A stretch of DNA of 64,000 nucleotides from Euglena gracilis (lineage: Eukaryota). The notes beneath the pieces were generated by a model. The model searched no databases, was not told the origin of the DNA, and was given only the letters and a program-made list of their open reading frames with translations. Location: contig CP154954.1 in assembly GCA_039621445.1 (NCBI GenBank), forward strand, positions 41,967,572 to 42,031,571, in the 5' to 3' direction. This document shows positions 33,070-44,400 of this stretch, piece after piece (within the stretch, counting starts at the first letter, position 1; the number at the start of each line of letters is the position of its first letter). A program made the translations under genes and the position numbers.

Positions 33070-35039
33070 GGTGGCATTTCTTCCCCCCTGCAATTGGTGA
33101 ACATACCCTTGTAAGGGGTGATTTTCAGGCAGGGGGACCCTGGTATTTTCATTTTTATTAACTGGGGGTGAATCCCAACGGGTAGAAATTTCCCAAAATC
33201 CCATGAATTAACATGTGGCTGAATCCCAGTAGGGGGTGACCATCAAAACTTTGGCTTGTGGAAACCTTCTTAATCTGGGGAGAAAATTTTGAATTACAGA
33301 CCAGGGGGGATTTGCATAAAGGCCCCCCATGTTGTCCAGTGGACATTGCAATGCATCCACTGCTGTGGCTTCCCATGGTGAGGCAAAAAGGTCTGTTTTC
33401 AGGCTTATGTAATTTTTGAACTGCTGCCTCAGCCATTGAAAAAGTTGGGGGTCTAGGGAATAATCCCCCCTGTCCATTTCCCACCTGCTTATGGGGTCTG
33501 CCAGGCATTCTTTTGAGGGGACCCACTTTACTTGCAGGTTTATGTTGTGTTCCATGCACCATTTGAAGAAGGGTCTTAGCATGGAATTGAAGGGGTCTTT
33601 TCTGCCCCCCCCTTTTGTTAAGTAATAGTAAATTACTTGATTGTCCACGGATAGGGACACAGTTTCCCCTGGCTGGCTGAGGCTTTGAACTGTGCTTATT
33701 GCTGCACCTAATTCTTTGACATTTATGTGCAGAATGGAGTTTTCCCTCCAAAATTCTTGCACAATTTTTCCTGTTCGAATGTCCAGCCCCCCCCCCCCCA
33801 GGCATGGGGCTGCTGTCTGAGTGCAACTCTCTGGTTGCACTTTGGGGGAAGGGTCTGCCCCCCCAGGTGTCCAGCAGGTTTTTTATTTCTCTTAATTGGT
33901 CCTTTATTCTTTGGAAGATGGGGTGTTTTGAGTCCCATGGGGCTGTGGAATTTTCCACTAAAAAATTTGCCAGGGCATCCGTAAAGGCCCTTAGAAAGGG
34001 CAGGGCCATGAGATTGCATCTGATTTGGCCCAAAATGGCAGCCAATTGCCTTTTTGACAAGTAATATTTTTTCACCATTTTTCCCAGCTCCTTTTTTACT
34101 GTTTTTATTTTCTGGGGGGGCACCTGTAATTTTCCCTCTTGGAAGTTTAGTTGAAATCCAAGATGATTTACGATTTGGGTGGGCTGCAGGGTGGACTTTT
34201 TTACATTGATTTTGTTTGAACCCTGATTTGATTAAATCCCTGACCACTGTGTTCAGGTGATTTTGTAAGATGATTTGTGTTGGGGCCACCAGCAAAATGT
34301 CGTCCAGGTAAATAAATACCTGGATGCCCCTTTTCCTCCACAGCTTTTCGAATGTTTTCATGACTGACATGAAAATTTGGGGCATTACATTCAGGCCAAA
34401 ACAGCCTGTCTGGAATTCCCAGGTCTGCCCCCCCACCTGATGCCTTAAAAATGGCCTTAGGCCTGGACTTACTGGAATATGAAAAAAGGCGTCTTTCAGG
34501 TCTATTTTGGCTGCCCAGTGGCCCTTTTCCAAAACTGGAAAAATGTGCTGGATGTGATCCAGCTTGAAAGGTTTCACTTGAAACTGCTGATTTAATTCTC
34601 TGCAGTCGCTGATCATTCTCCATTTGGTTGTTCCCCCTTCTGGTTTCGAAATTAGAAACCATGGGATTAAATGCTGGGTTTCTGAATCCCAAACTCGTTT
34701 TATTGACCCAGTTTTTTCGTAATCCAACAGGATTTTTTCTGCCTGGTTCAGGTCCAGGTTGGCTCTGGGTTTTGGGTGGGTGGACAATTTTGGTGGGCTG
34801 ACCCAGGGGGGTTGAATGCCATCCCTGATGAGTTGACATGTTGTTGGGGGGGCATTTTTTGTCCACCATTTTAGGCTGTTTTGCAGCCTTTGATGGAGGG
34901 GGGTGTCTCCCCATTTTTCCTCCATGGAATTTATTTCTTGGATCAGATGATTTTGGGGGGGCTGGGCTGGGGGTGTTGGACATTTTAGGCTTTTTTGCAA
35001 CCTTTGATGGAGGGGGGTGTCTCCCCCTCTTTCCCCCAT
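33070..35039 (-). pseudogene. Reverse transcriptase - RNase H - DNA N6-adenine methyltransferase-like polyprotein of DIRS copy A (frameshifted)
   Basis: RT: KIDLKDAFFH, CFGL..MPQIF, YLDD. RNase H: HSDSS, HINVKEL, VDN, WVPSKECLADPISR. MTase-like: DLFAS, YANPPW. Confidence 0.92.
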
Positions 35040-36209
35040 TTAATTTATTTTCTGGATAAGATGATTCTGGGGGGGCTGGGTTGGGGGTGTTGGACATTGC
35101 ACCCCTAGGTCCCCTAGGGCTTGGGCCCTTGGAAAAAGAAATTTTTTCTGGGGGGATGTGCATGCACTCTCTCCCTCTCTGCTCACCTCTCTGGATGATC
35201 TTGTTGTTGGAAGACATACCATAGGGCTTAATGCCCCTGTTTGGCCTGTCTGGTCTTCTCCAGGTTGACGTGGTTGGTTCACATACCATAGGGGGGCCTC
35301 TGTGGGTCCCCCCCTTGATTGAATCATTGGGAATTGAGGAATAATTGTTGGAGGGGTTCCTGCCCCTCCCTCCATAAGGGCCACTGTGGGTCCCTTTTCC
35401 TCCTGGGGCTGGGTCAATGAAAGGGCCACTGTGGGTCCCTTTTTCCCCCATTTTTGGCAGAGGGCCTCTGTGGGTCCCTCGGGGGATTTCTCCAGCAGCT
35501 GCCTTAGCTTCTTGGTGGCCACTGTGGGTCCACCCTGCTGGTGCTTTAGCTTCTTGGTGGCCACTGTGGGTCCACCCTGCTGGTCTCCAAGGTTTCCATG
35601 TATAAATTTTTTTCCATAATCCATCTTGTGGTCTTCCAGGCCTTGATTTCTTCTTGGCCTCCAACCCCATTGGAAATCTGGGGGGGCTGCTGTGGCCCCC
35701 CCTTGTCCCCTTGAGAGGGGCTGTTGTGATAGATGAATTGGGGGGGTTGGACAGACCTTTTCTGCCCCTTCCTGAGGGGATTTGCTTGAAAAACTGGCCC
35801 CCATGGCCCCTGTGGTGTTGACCTCCTTGGCCTTGATTCCATCTCCCCATCTTCTGGCCAATTTGTGCCCAGGCTGCTGGGCGCCTTTGGGGGAGATGCC
35901 CCTGATTTGTGGGCTTTGATTGGCCAAGCATTTTGCATTTGAAGCATTTTGGGCCCCCATGGCCCATTCTTTGCCCACAAAGGGCTGGTGCTGGCTTCTG
36001 TCTTCTTGGCCTTCTGGCCACTGTGGTCCAAGGACTGTGGCCGTCACTGGGGGGGGTTTTGGGCTGGGAAATTTCTGGGGTGGGGGGCTGGGTGGGAAGA
36101 ACGGCCACGGTTTGCCACGTGATGACCGCATCTCCAAGTTCTCCAGCTGCTGCGGCATCTGCTCCAGGACGTCCGCGGCCGTGAAATTCCAATTTCTTCT
36201 CAACTGCAC
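35040..36209 (-). CDS. Putative gag-like ORF1 of DIRS copy A
   Basis: 389-aa ORF upstream of pol, Pro/Gly/Gln-rich with GGPTVA repeats. Assigned by position only. Confidence 0.5.
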   Translation of the reverse strand: MQLRRNWNFTAADVLEQMPQQLENLEMRSSRGKPWPFFPPSPPPQKFPSPKPPPVTATVLGPQWPEGQEDRSQHQPFVGKEWAMGAQNASNAKCLANQSPQIRGISPKGAQQPGHKLARRWGDGIKAKEVNTTGAMGASFSSKSPQEGAEKVCPTPPIHLSQQPLSRGQGGATAAPPDFQWGWRPRRNQGLEDHKMDYGKKFIHGNLGDQQGGPTVATKKLKHQQGGPTVATKKLRQLLEKSPEGPTEALCQKWGKKGPTVALSLTQPQEEKGPTVALMEGGAGTPPTIIPQFPMIQSRGGPTEAPLWYVNQPRQPGEDQTGQTGALSPMVCLPTTRSSREVSREGESACTSPQKKFLFPRAQALGDLGVQCPTPPTQPPQNHLIQKIN

Positions 36210-36582
36210 TGTTCATTGAAGTCAAATTTGAAATTTGATAATTGACTTTTGATTTGATATTCGTCTGGTTCGTGTCCTTCTGGATATTGAAATGATATTG
36301 ACTTTTTTTCCCTTGGTTCTTCTTCGTTCGTGAACTCTTTTCCTTTCTTCTGGGTGTCGAAGGGCAATTTAGGAATCAGCCAACTCCGGCGAAAAAAGGC
36401 ACTAAGCGGGACCTCCTAACCCAGCGCAGCGAACAATCACACAACAAACCGCCGGCGAGCAAGGCATGGCCTCACAATGGCAAAGTGCGGAGCCCGAGGT
36501 GTCGGACAAAAAAAACAATGCCGGGAGGAGCAGGGCATTTGGCCGAAAGTGCGAAGGTGCCAGACACCTCGGGCTCCGCACG

Positions 36583-39500
36583 ACACCTCGGGCTCCGCAT
36601 TTTGCCCTTGTGAGGCCATGCCTTGCTCGCCGGCGGTGTTCTTTGGATTGTTCGGGTGCGCTGGGTTTGGAGGCCCCGCTTAGTGCCTTTTTCCGCCGGA
36701 GCTGGCTGATTCTTCATTTGCCCTTCGAAAACCCAGAAGAAAGGACCTTCAATTCAAGAACCTTGAAAAGTGAATTTGACAGAGTAAAGTCATCGAATTA
36801 TTCGGAAAGTGACGCTCGCCGAGAATATCAAATCAGAATTTGTTGGCATATTCCAGCCTTCAATGAAAAAAGGAAATTGCCAGCGTGAGGAAGAGCGTTG
36901 CTGAATAACAAGAACTGGCTGCCGCTACAGCTGGGCGACCTGACTTGCACCGTGGCGATCCCTGGCTGTCCCATCCCCCCAGAAAAACTTTCTGAAAACC
37001 CACCCAGTGACAGCCACAGACACAAAAGCCAAGACAGCTGTCATGCCACTACGGAAAGGGAGGCATGGAGGCCCGCAACCCAGGTACGCCAACACCTTGT
37101 TCAAGCTGGGCCATGGAGGTCGCAATAGCAATGGCCATGGTGGCCGATGGAACAAAGGCCGGGGTGACCAACAATACCAAGGCCAGGGAGGCCGCTTCCA
37201 CAAACAGATGCCCAGTGGCAGGGGCAGGACAGGTCCACAACACCCCCCCAACCATTTCTTCATCTCAAACCCTATCAGGAGTAAAGGATTGGCCCCCAGA
37301 GGCCCGCCAAGGTTTTCAATGGACATGGCGTCCCATATCAAAGAGAAGTCAATGGGGACTGTCAAATTTTTAAGAGGGCCAGTGGAGCCAACATCAAGAG
37401 GGCCAGTGGGGCCAGAATTATCATCAAGGCCCCAGTGGCCTTGATCATCTTTATTATCAAGGCCACTGGGGCCATCGGATATCAGAAGGGGGAAAACCCA
37501 GAAGCTAGAAGGCTGTCCCCCAGCAGGGGGTTTCAATGTACTGTGGCAGCCCCAGGAGGATGCCCCCAAAGGGGCAGTGGAGGACAAGGGGGCAACCCCC
37601 CATCAACTTTATTTGTCAATGCCCATGGCAGGGGCAAGCCAAAACAAGGGGGAGACCCAAAAAGTGGCCCCTATGGTATGTCAATCGACAACACCAATGA
37701 CAAAGTAGAAGATCAGAAAACCCGTGCGCAGAGCATGCACCCCCCCAGCCACCTTTAGAAAATGCTCAATCCCCAGGGGCACCAGGGGTGCAATGTACAA
37801 CAGCCCCCCAACCAGCCCCCAGCAAATCATCTAGTTCGGAAAATACATTCCATGGAGGAAAAATGGGGAGACACCTCCCTGTACCAGAGACTTCAAAAAA
37901 GTCTAAAATGGTGGACAAAAAATTCCCCCCTAGCAACATTTCAATTAATAATAATAAAAAATGGAATTAAACCCCCCTGTACAAATCCCCCAAAATTGTT
38001 CACCAACACAAAACCCAGAGCCAACCTGGACCTGAACCAGGCAGAAAAAATTCAGCTGGATTACGAAAAAAACTGGGTCGGTGAAACGAATTTGTGATTC
38101 AGAAACCCAGCATTTGATCCCATGGTTTTTAATTTCAAAACCAGAAGGGGGAACAACCAAACGGAGAACGATCAGCGACTGCAGAGAAATAAATCAGTAA
38201 TTTGAAGTAAAACCTTTCAAGCTGGATCATATCCAACACATTTTTCCAGTTTTGGAAAAGGGCCACTGGGCAGCAAAAAAAAACCTAAAGGATCTATTTG
38301 CATATTTCAGTAAGTCCAGGCCCAAGGCCTTTTTTGAGACATCAGGTGGGAGGGCAGACCTGGTAATTTCAAACAGAAACAGGCTGCTTTGGCCTAAATG
38401 TAATGCCCCAAATTTTCGTGTCAGTAATGAAAACTTTCGAAAAGCTGTGGAGAAAAAGGGGCACCCAGGTGTTTGACAACTGTGTTCAGGTGTTTTTGCA
38501 AAGGGTTTTGGGTGGGGGCCACCAGCAGAAGGTCGTCCAGGTAAACAAAGATCTGCTGGATTCTGGGTTCAAAATCAATGTGGAAAAGTCCGCCCTCCAG
38601 CCCACCCAAGTAACCCATCTGGGTTTTCAGCTGAACTTCCAGGAAGGAAAGCTACAGGTGCCCACAGCCACAGCAGTGTCCACAGCTCCATCCGATTCAA
38701 AAAATCCCATTTCACAGCAAATGAAAGCCATTTGAGAGAAATAAACGTTCTGCTGGACCCCTGGGGGGGAGACCCTTCCCCCAAAGTGCAACCAGAGAGT
38801 TTCACTCAGGCAGCAGCATCCATGCCTGGGGGGGGGGGGGCTGCACAGCCGCACAGGAGAAATTATGCAGGAATTTTGGAGAAAGGACTCCATTTTGCAC
38901 ATCAATGTAAAGGACCTCAGTGCAGCAATCAGCACTGTGAAAAGTTTAAGCAAACCTGGAGAAACCGTTTCTTTGTCAGTGGACAACCATGTGATTAAAG
39001 ATTTCTAAACAAAAGGAGGGGGCAGAAAGGACCCATTCAACAAAACGCTGAGACCATTTTTCAAACGGTGCATGGAAAAACAACTGAACCTCCAAGTCAA
39101 TTGGGTACCTTCAAAAGAATGCCTGGCAGACCCCATAGGCAGATGAGAAATGGACAGGGGGGGATTATTCTTTAGACCCCCAAATTTTTCAATGGCTAAG
39201 AAAGCAATTCAAAGGTTTCATAAATTTGGAAACAGACTGATTTGCATCCCCGGGCAACAAAAAACTGCCCAATTTGGTGGCCAGGTGGCCCCACTGGGAG
39301 GCTACAGCAGTAGACGCATTACAACGTCCACTGGACAACATGGGGGATCTTTATGCAAACCCTTCCTGGTCAATAATTCAACAATTTCTACCCAGGCTGA
39401 AAATGTTTCCCCAGAGCAAGAGTTTCGATGGTCACCCCCTACTGGGATTCAGCACATGGTGGCCCCAATTAATAAAAATGAAAGTTCCAGGGACCCCCTG

Positions 39501-40894
39501 CCTGAAAATCACCACCTACAGAGGCATGTTCACCAATTGCAGGGAGGGGGGGAACAAATGCCACCCCCCCCAGGTGGCCCCTGTTTTGCATGGTTTGCTC
39601 AGGCAAATTTTGAGGGGAAACAAATTCAGGTTCAGACCATTAACGATTTCCTGGGGAGAAACCCCAGTTTAAAACGCTATCGGAGTGCCTTTGCACTTCT
39701 GTGGGTAATTTTGGAGCACATCGGGGTATCTCCAATGAAGCCACCACAGACCAAGTGGCTGACGCTTTAATTCATTTTTCAGTTTCCCAAGGCCCAAGCC
39801 CGTAATGCCCACAGTGCTATGCTTTTGATTCCTGGGTGTGGTGGGCTACGCTGTTAACCCCCTACAAGAGGCTTTGGAACCAAAACATGGAGAAGTATGG
39901 GGCATTTTGGGATCCACTCCCAATCCTCCTGGGGCTTGCAAAGGCGCCTATGCCGAATGCTATTTGTACACTGCGTACACAACTGATTCTTTGCTCACGA
40001 ATCCTCTGTTTATACCGATCCTCAGACTTATCACAAGTCAAACGAACCACCAGTGTGTTGGGTAGGGCACCCTACATCAAGATTAAGCGTAAAGGACAAA
40101 AATTCCAAAGTGGGAAAGGGTTTGTCCATTCGCCAGTGTCCCCAGATAAGCCCATTTCATTTAATGATGTGCTATGTGGCTGCTACATGTTTATTCGTCA
40201 GCCGAGGGGGCCCCCCCCTAATTTCGTTAAAAACCCCCTTCAGGGCCATAAGTGCAGACACAATTGCTTCCATCACAAAAGACTTTTTGGCCAAGCAAGA
40301 GGTACCCCCCCAGGTGTGGGGGGCCCACTCCACCAGAGGAGCAGGGGTTGGTTTACTCAAAAAATTGGGCCTTTCTGCCCAAGAAGTTTTGTGAAATTGG
40401 TTAGTGGAGGGTGGTGGAGGCTTTTACAGCCCACTATCAAAGAGTTGGTGCTCAAGGCGCCCTGGAAAATGCCCTGGCCACCCTAATTTCAGTGCACGAG
40501 GGCAACGTCCGGAGCCCGAGGTGTCTTGTACTCCTTCGAGGAAAATACGACAAGGGAGGAAGGGACACCGAGGGCGAAGCACAAAGACCTTGTGAGCCCG
40601 ACCCCCCCCACCACCCGTAAACGAAAGTTTATTTTCAAAATCCCTTGGTCAGAGAGTGGGTACCATGGGGGGAGAGGGGGGGGGACACCCCCCAGTGGCA
40701 AGAAGCCACATCGCTCAGTCAGAGCAGCATCATCAGCCAACTCCGGCGAGGCGGCACTAAGCGGGACTTCCTAACCCGGCGCACCCAAACAATCCAAACA
40801 ACACCGCCGGCGAGCAAGGCATGGCCTCACAAGGTCTTTGTGCTTCGCCCTCGGTGTCCCCTCCTCCCTTGTCGTTTTTCCTCGAGGGAGTAGA
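36583..40894 (+). mobile_element. DIRS1-like retrotransposon, copy B (more decayed, opposite orientation to A)
   Basis: ITRs at ~36608-36708 and ~40734-40833, ICR at ~40495-40596. Fragmented pol (GHWAAKKNLKD, HINVKDL, YANPSW) and YR (LYRSSDL, AHSTRGAG, AFTAHY). Confidence 0.9.
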
Positions 40895-41449
40895 ATTTGC
40901 TCTTGTGAGGCCATGCCTTGCTCGCCAGCGGTGTCGGACTCCCACGACACAGGAAGGAAGAGGAAGGGACCAAGAGGGCGAAGCAAGAAGATGGTGAGGA
41001 CCACCATCTCGCTGTGCCCCCACAATTAAACAGAAAGTAGCAGCCGGCGCAAAGAAGTAGGTCCCATCTTGGTTTTGTGCTTCACCAGTGAGGTCCATCC
41101 GTCCTAGGTCAGGGGGGCTATTCCCAAGACTTCTGATGCGGCTCCCGAGGTGTCCAAACAAGACCATTCGGGCTCCGCACGGGGCTCCCTCTTACTTCTT
41201 GAGGTTCGACGACAGTTGGCTGCAGATGTAAACTGAAACTTGGCTCCCCCCTCCGCCCCTACTGGCACACTTTGGGAGGGGGGGTTGGGCCTATCTTGGT
41301 TTTGTGCTTCGCCAGTGAGGCCCATCCGTCCTAGGTCAGGGGGCTCTTCCCAGGACTTCTGGACATCACTTGCTCAGCACTGCACCAAGATGGGACACTG
41401 TGCACCAAACGTTGCGCTAATTTTTTTCCGCCGAAAGGGCGGCACCAAT

Positions 41450-41930
41450 TCCCAATAGTGATTTGATAAATCTTCAAAGTTTTTCCAAGGCTCCAATTCA
41501 CACCATCTCCGAAGATAAACCCAGAGACATAAACATTTGCACCGCTGCACCTCAGGTGCTGTGAGCCCCAAAAAAGCAGATGTCAGAATGCCATGGCTTT
41601 GCAAAACTTTTTTCGCTGTCCTCCCAATTCTATTGGCACTGAAGGGGGGGGTTGAAACCCAGAAAAAGTGTGCCATCTTTCTTTCCCACAGATGCAGTCA
41701 GTGCAACGTAGTGATCGAGCAGATGTGCAGGGGACAAAGTGGGTATGGAGGGTAGGGTGAGCAATCGTTCGAACTTCATTGTTCTGGCTCCTTTCCTCTG
41801 CAGGGCCCAGTAGTGAGCATCACCTTGCACCCACTTCTTTCTGATGGATCTGGCCACGCCTATTGACCTGCAAAGGTGAAGAAACCTCAAAAAAGTCCCA
41901 TCTTGGGGAAGTGTTGAGAAAGGGAGTCCA
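41450..41930 (-). pseudogene. Tyrosine recombinase remnant of a third, divergent YR retroelement
   Basis: LHLCRSIGVAR...LQRKGARTMKFERLLTLPSIPTLSPAHLLDHYVALT...ANRIGRTAKKVL...AHST*GA aligns by eye with the YR of copies A and B. Confidence 0.75.
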
Positions 41931-43734
41931 GTAGTCCAGGGGGGCCTACTGGCATAGGACGGAGGGACCCCCCTCGCGAAGCACAAAGCCAAGAGAGGCC
42001 CACCCCCAACCCAAAAGACAGGCTCGCTCACAAGGGGGAGGTCACCCCAGACTGTTCCACTTCAAGGCGTCAGCCCACTGGGGGGGGGGGTTCTTCACGG
42101 GGTTTTTTTTTTTAGCCTCTGTCGGACCTTCCCCAGCCAAAATAGGGGAAAATATGGCCGCGGGCCGACTGAGAATGAGCTGGGGCCCAGGCGGTGGACT
42201 TGGGAGGGGTAGGGGGTGGTCGGCCGACTGCCCAATTGGTCGGCTGACTGAGCGTAGTCAGTAGCAAGTCGGTGAGACAGGGCTCGGGGGGTGACCATTA
42301 TGCACTAACGTCAATATCGCCGACCTTTAGCCCCCTGAAAAATTGTCCAGACAGGGTGAAACCAAACAAAACGGACACCCACCCAAATGGCTTGGGAACT
42401 CCCCCAGTCGGGGGCGAATATGCAAGCCAAAGCGGGGGGAAAATCTCCGTTTTTTGGCGGTTTTTTTTTGGACAAAAATTCCCCGCCCCCCTGCCCATTT
42501 TATTTTCATGGCAAAAAAAACCTCACGGCGGATCAAAATGACCCACAAAAAAAAACTTAGCCCCCCAAACCATTTTGCAAACATAAAGGTATTTTATCAT
42601 TCGAGGGGTGGGTGCTGGGGAGAACTTCCTCCTAGAGCTTCGTAGAGTGTCCGTAGGCCGACTGGGACCATGGCAAAATGGCCAGCAAAAAAAGGACCCC
42701 CCACGGAGTAATTTGCCACACATTGCCAAGGCTTTTTTCCCCCACCGCGAGGATTTCTGTGGCCAACTAATTTCGCCTTCTCAGCATCGGAATATAGCCC
42801 AAATTGGAGGCCAGGTGGAGGGTATTTCACCGACTGTCCTCATAACCCCGAGGCAAATAGGAACGGTCGGGTGGTCGACCCCCCCCCTTGCCCGGGAGGT
42901 GGGTCGACTCACCAATTTTGGGGAAACGAGGATTTTGGCCAAAGAAAACTGTTGATTCCCCCCCGGAATGAACCAAAAATGCATGGTTTTGATGGCAAAC
43001 GCCACATTTTTTTCACAAAAACTTCTGGTTTTAAAAAATGGCAGTTTGAAGGGGGCGAAAAAAACGAGGGTCGAAGAATTCTAGGCCAAAATTAAGCACA
43101 TTTTTACCGAGACTTTTTCTCGTGGAATTCCCCCCCTATTTTCAATGGCACTTTTTGCCTGAAAAATAAATGGATTTTTTTTGGAAACCGTTGATTACAC
43201 CCGGCGCCGGGAAACGTTTTGGGGTCCAAAAGTTGGTGCTGCAGAAGTACGGGGCGGGGGGGGTCAACCCACCCTCTACCCTGACTGATCGGCTGATTCC
43301 CTTCCCGGCCCTACCTCCCCGTAAAAAGACCCCCCCCCCCAGCCCCACTCGGCCGATCCAGAAAAAATCCCAAAATAAGACGGCCCGTGGCGGTGCGAAG
43401 CACTGGGGGCGGTGAAAATTTTTCCTGGAGAATCAGCACCGGCCTCAATTCCACACAAAAAAGACAAAAAAGATTAAATTTCAAAAAAAATTCAGATTTT
43501 CCGTGTAAAAAAAAGCTCTAAATTTCAAATTGCACAAATTTACACGTGGCGCGATGCGCCGAAGGAAAATTTTGAGAGCCTCAAAAACATTGTTTTTTTC
43601 AGCCTGGGTCGGTCAAGAAAAAATGCAAAAAGACCCCCCTGGAAGTTTCCAGTGACAATATGACCCGGGTCATTTTTTGGGGGGGCGGGGGGTTTACCCC
43701 CCCCACCCCATCTCGCCCATGGGCTTCCGACGGC

Positions 43735-44400
43735 CTAGTCGGCCCCGAGCGAGAAATTGGTGATGGACTTTTTGGTGGTCGAGCCGACTAGTCGGCCGAC
43801 CATTGGTGGTCGGGCCGACTAGTCGGCCGACCACCAATTTTAAGTCCACCCCCCCTTTCAAAAAAGTTTTTGAGCCCCCCCCTCGGAAAAAAATTCATTC
43901 AAATTTGCAGGAAAATGACTCAGAACCCACCCCAATGCCTTCCAAACCCTCCATTCGGGGGTCAATTTGCCAAAAAAAAATTGATTAATATCTTCTCTTG
44001 GCGCCTGTTCTGCGAAACCATAGCCATAGCGACTTATATCTTTACCTTGCACACATCAGACTGCACTCATTACGGATTTTGTTATTTTGGGCGGGGGGCG
44101 GTCCGGGGGGGGGGTGGCCGGAGGTCGCCGTAGGCCGACTAAGTCAGCACAAAAGGAGTTTGTTGGGGGGGCGCCCGAATTCATTGAAACCCGAATAGAA
44201 ATTTGGGAAGGCATTTTGGATATAATTTTTTTTTGGGGGGGGTCTTTAAAAATTTTGGATGGGGGGGCGGACTTAAAATTGGTGGTCGGCTCGACCACCA
44301 ATGGTCGGTAGGATTGGTCGCTAGCGACTAGTCGGCCCGACCACGAAAAAGTCCATCACCAATTTCCCGCAATGAGCCGTTGAGCCGGCCTAGTCGGCGG
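43735..44400. mobile_element. Foldback-like element with ~100+ bp inverted repeats containing gccgactagtcggc palindromes
   Basis: gaaattggtgatggactttt...ccaccaattttaagtcc is mirrored by ggacttaaaattggtgg...aaaagtccatcaccaatttc. Confidence 0.7.

Larger units (their letters stand above)
31710..36502 (-). mobile_element. DIRS1-like tyrosine-recombinase retrotransposon, copy A (near full length, degenerate)
   Basis: ITRs at 36377-36479 and 31774-31874. The ICR at 32009-32117 is complementary to both terminal extensions. Contains gag-like, RT/RNaseH/MTase and YR coding regions. Confidence 0.93.

Noticed and set aside
33780-34220. Programmed ribosomal frameshifting in DIRS pol
   Set aside because: The shifts fall inside conserved domains, mostly at homopolymer runs, and are better explained by decay or sequencing error.
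34201-36225. 674-aa ORF as a separate gene
   Set aside because: It overlaps the gag and pol frames of the DIRS element and has no recognisable motif. It is probably a shadow frame or part of a frameshifted ORF1.
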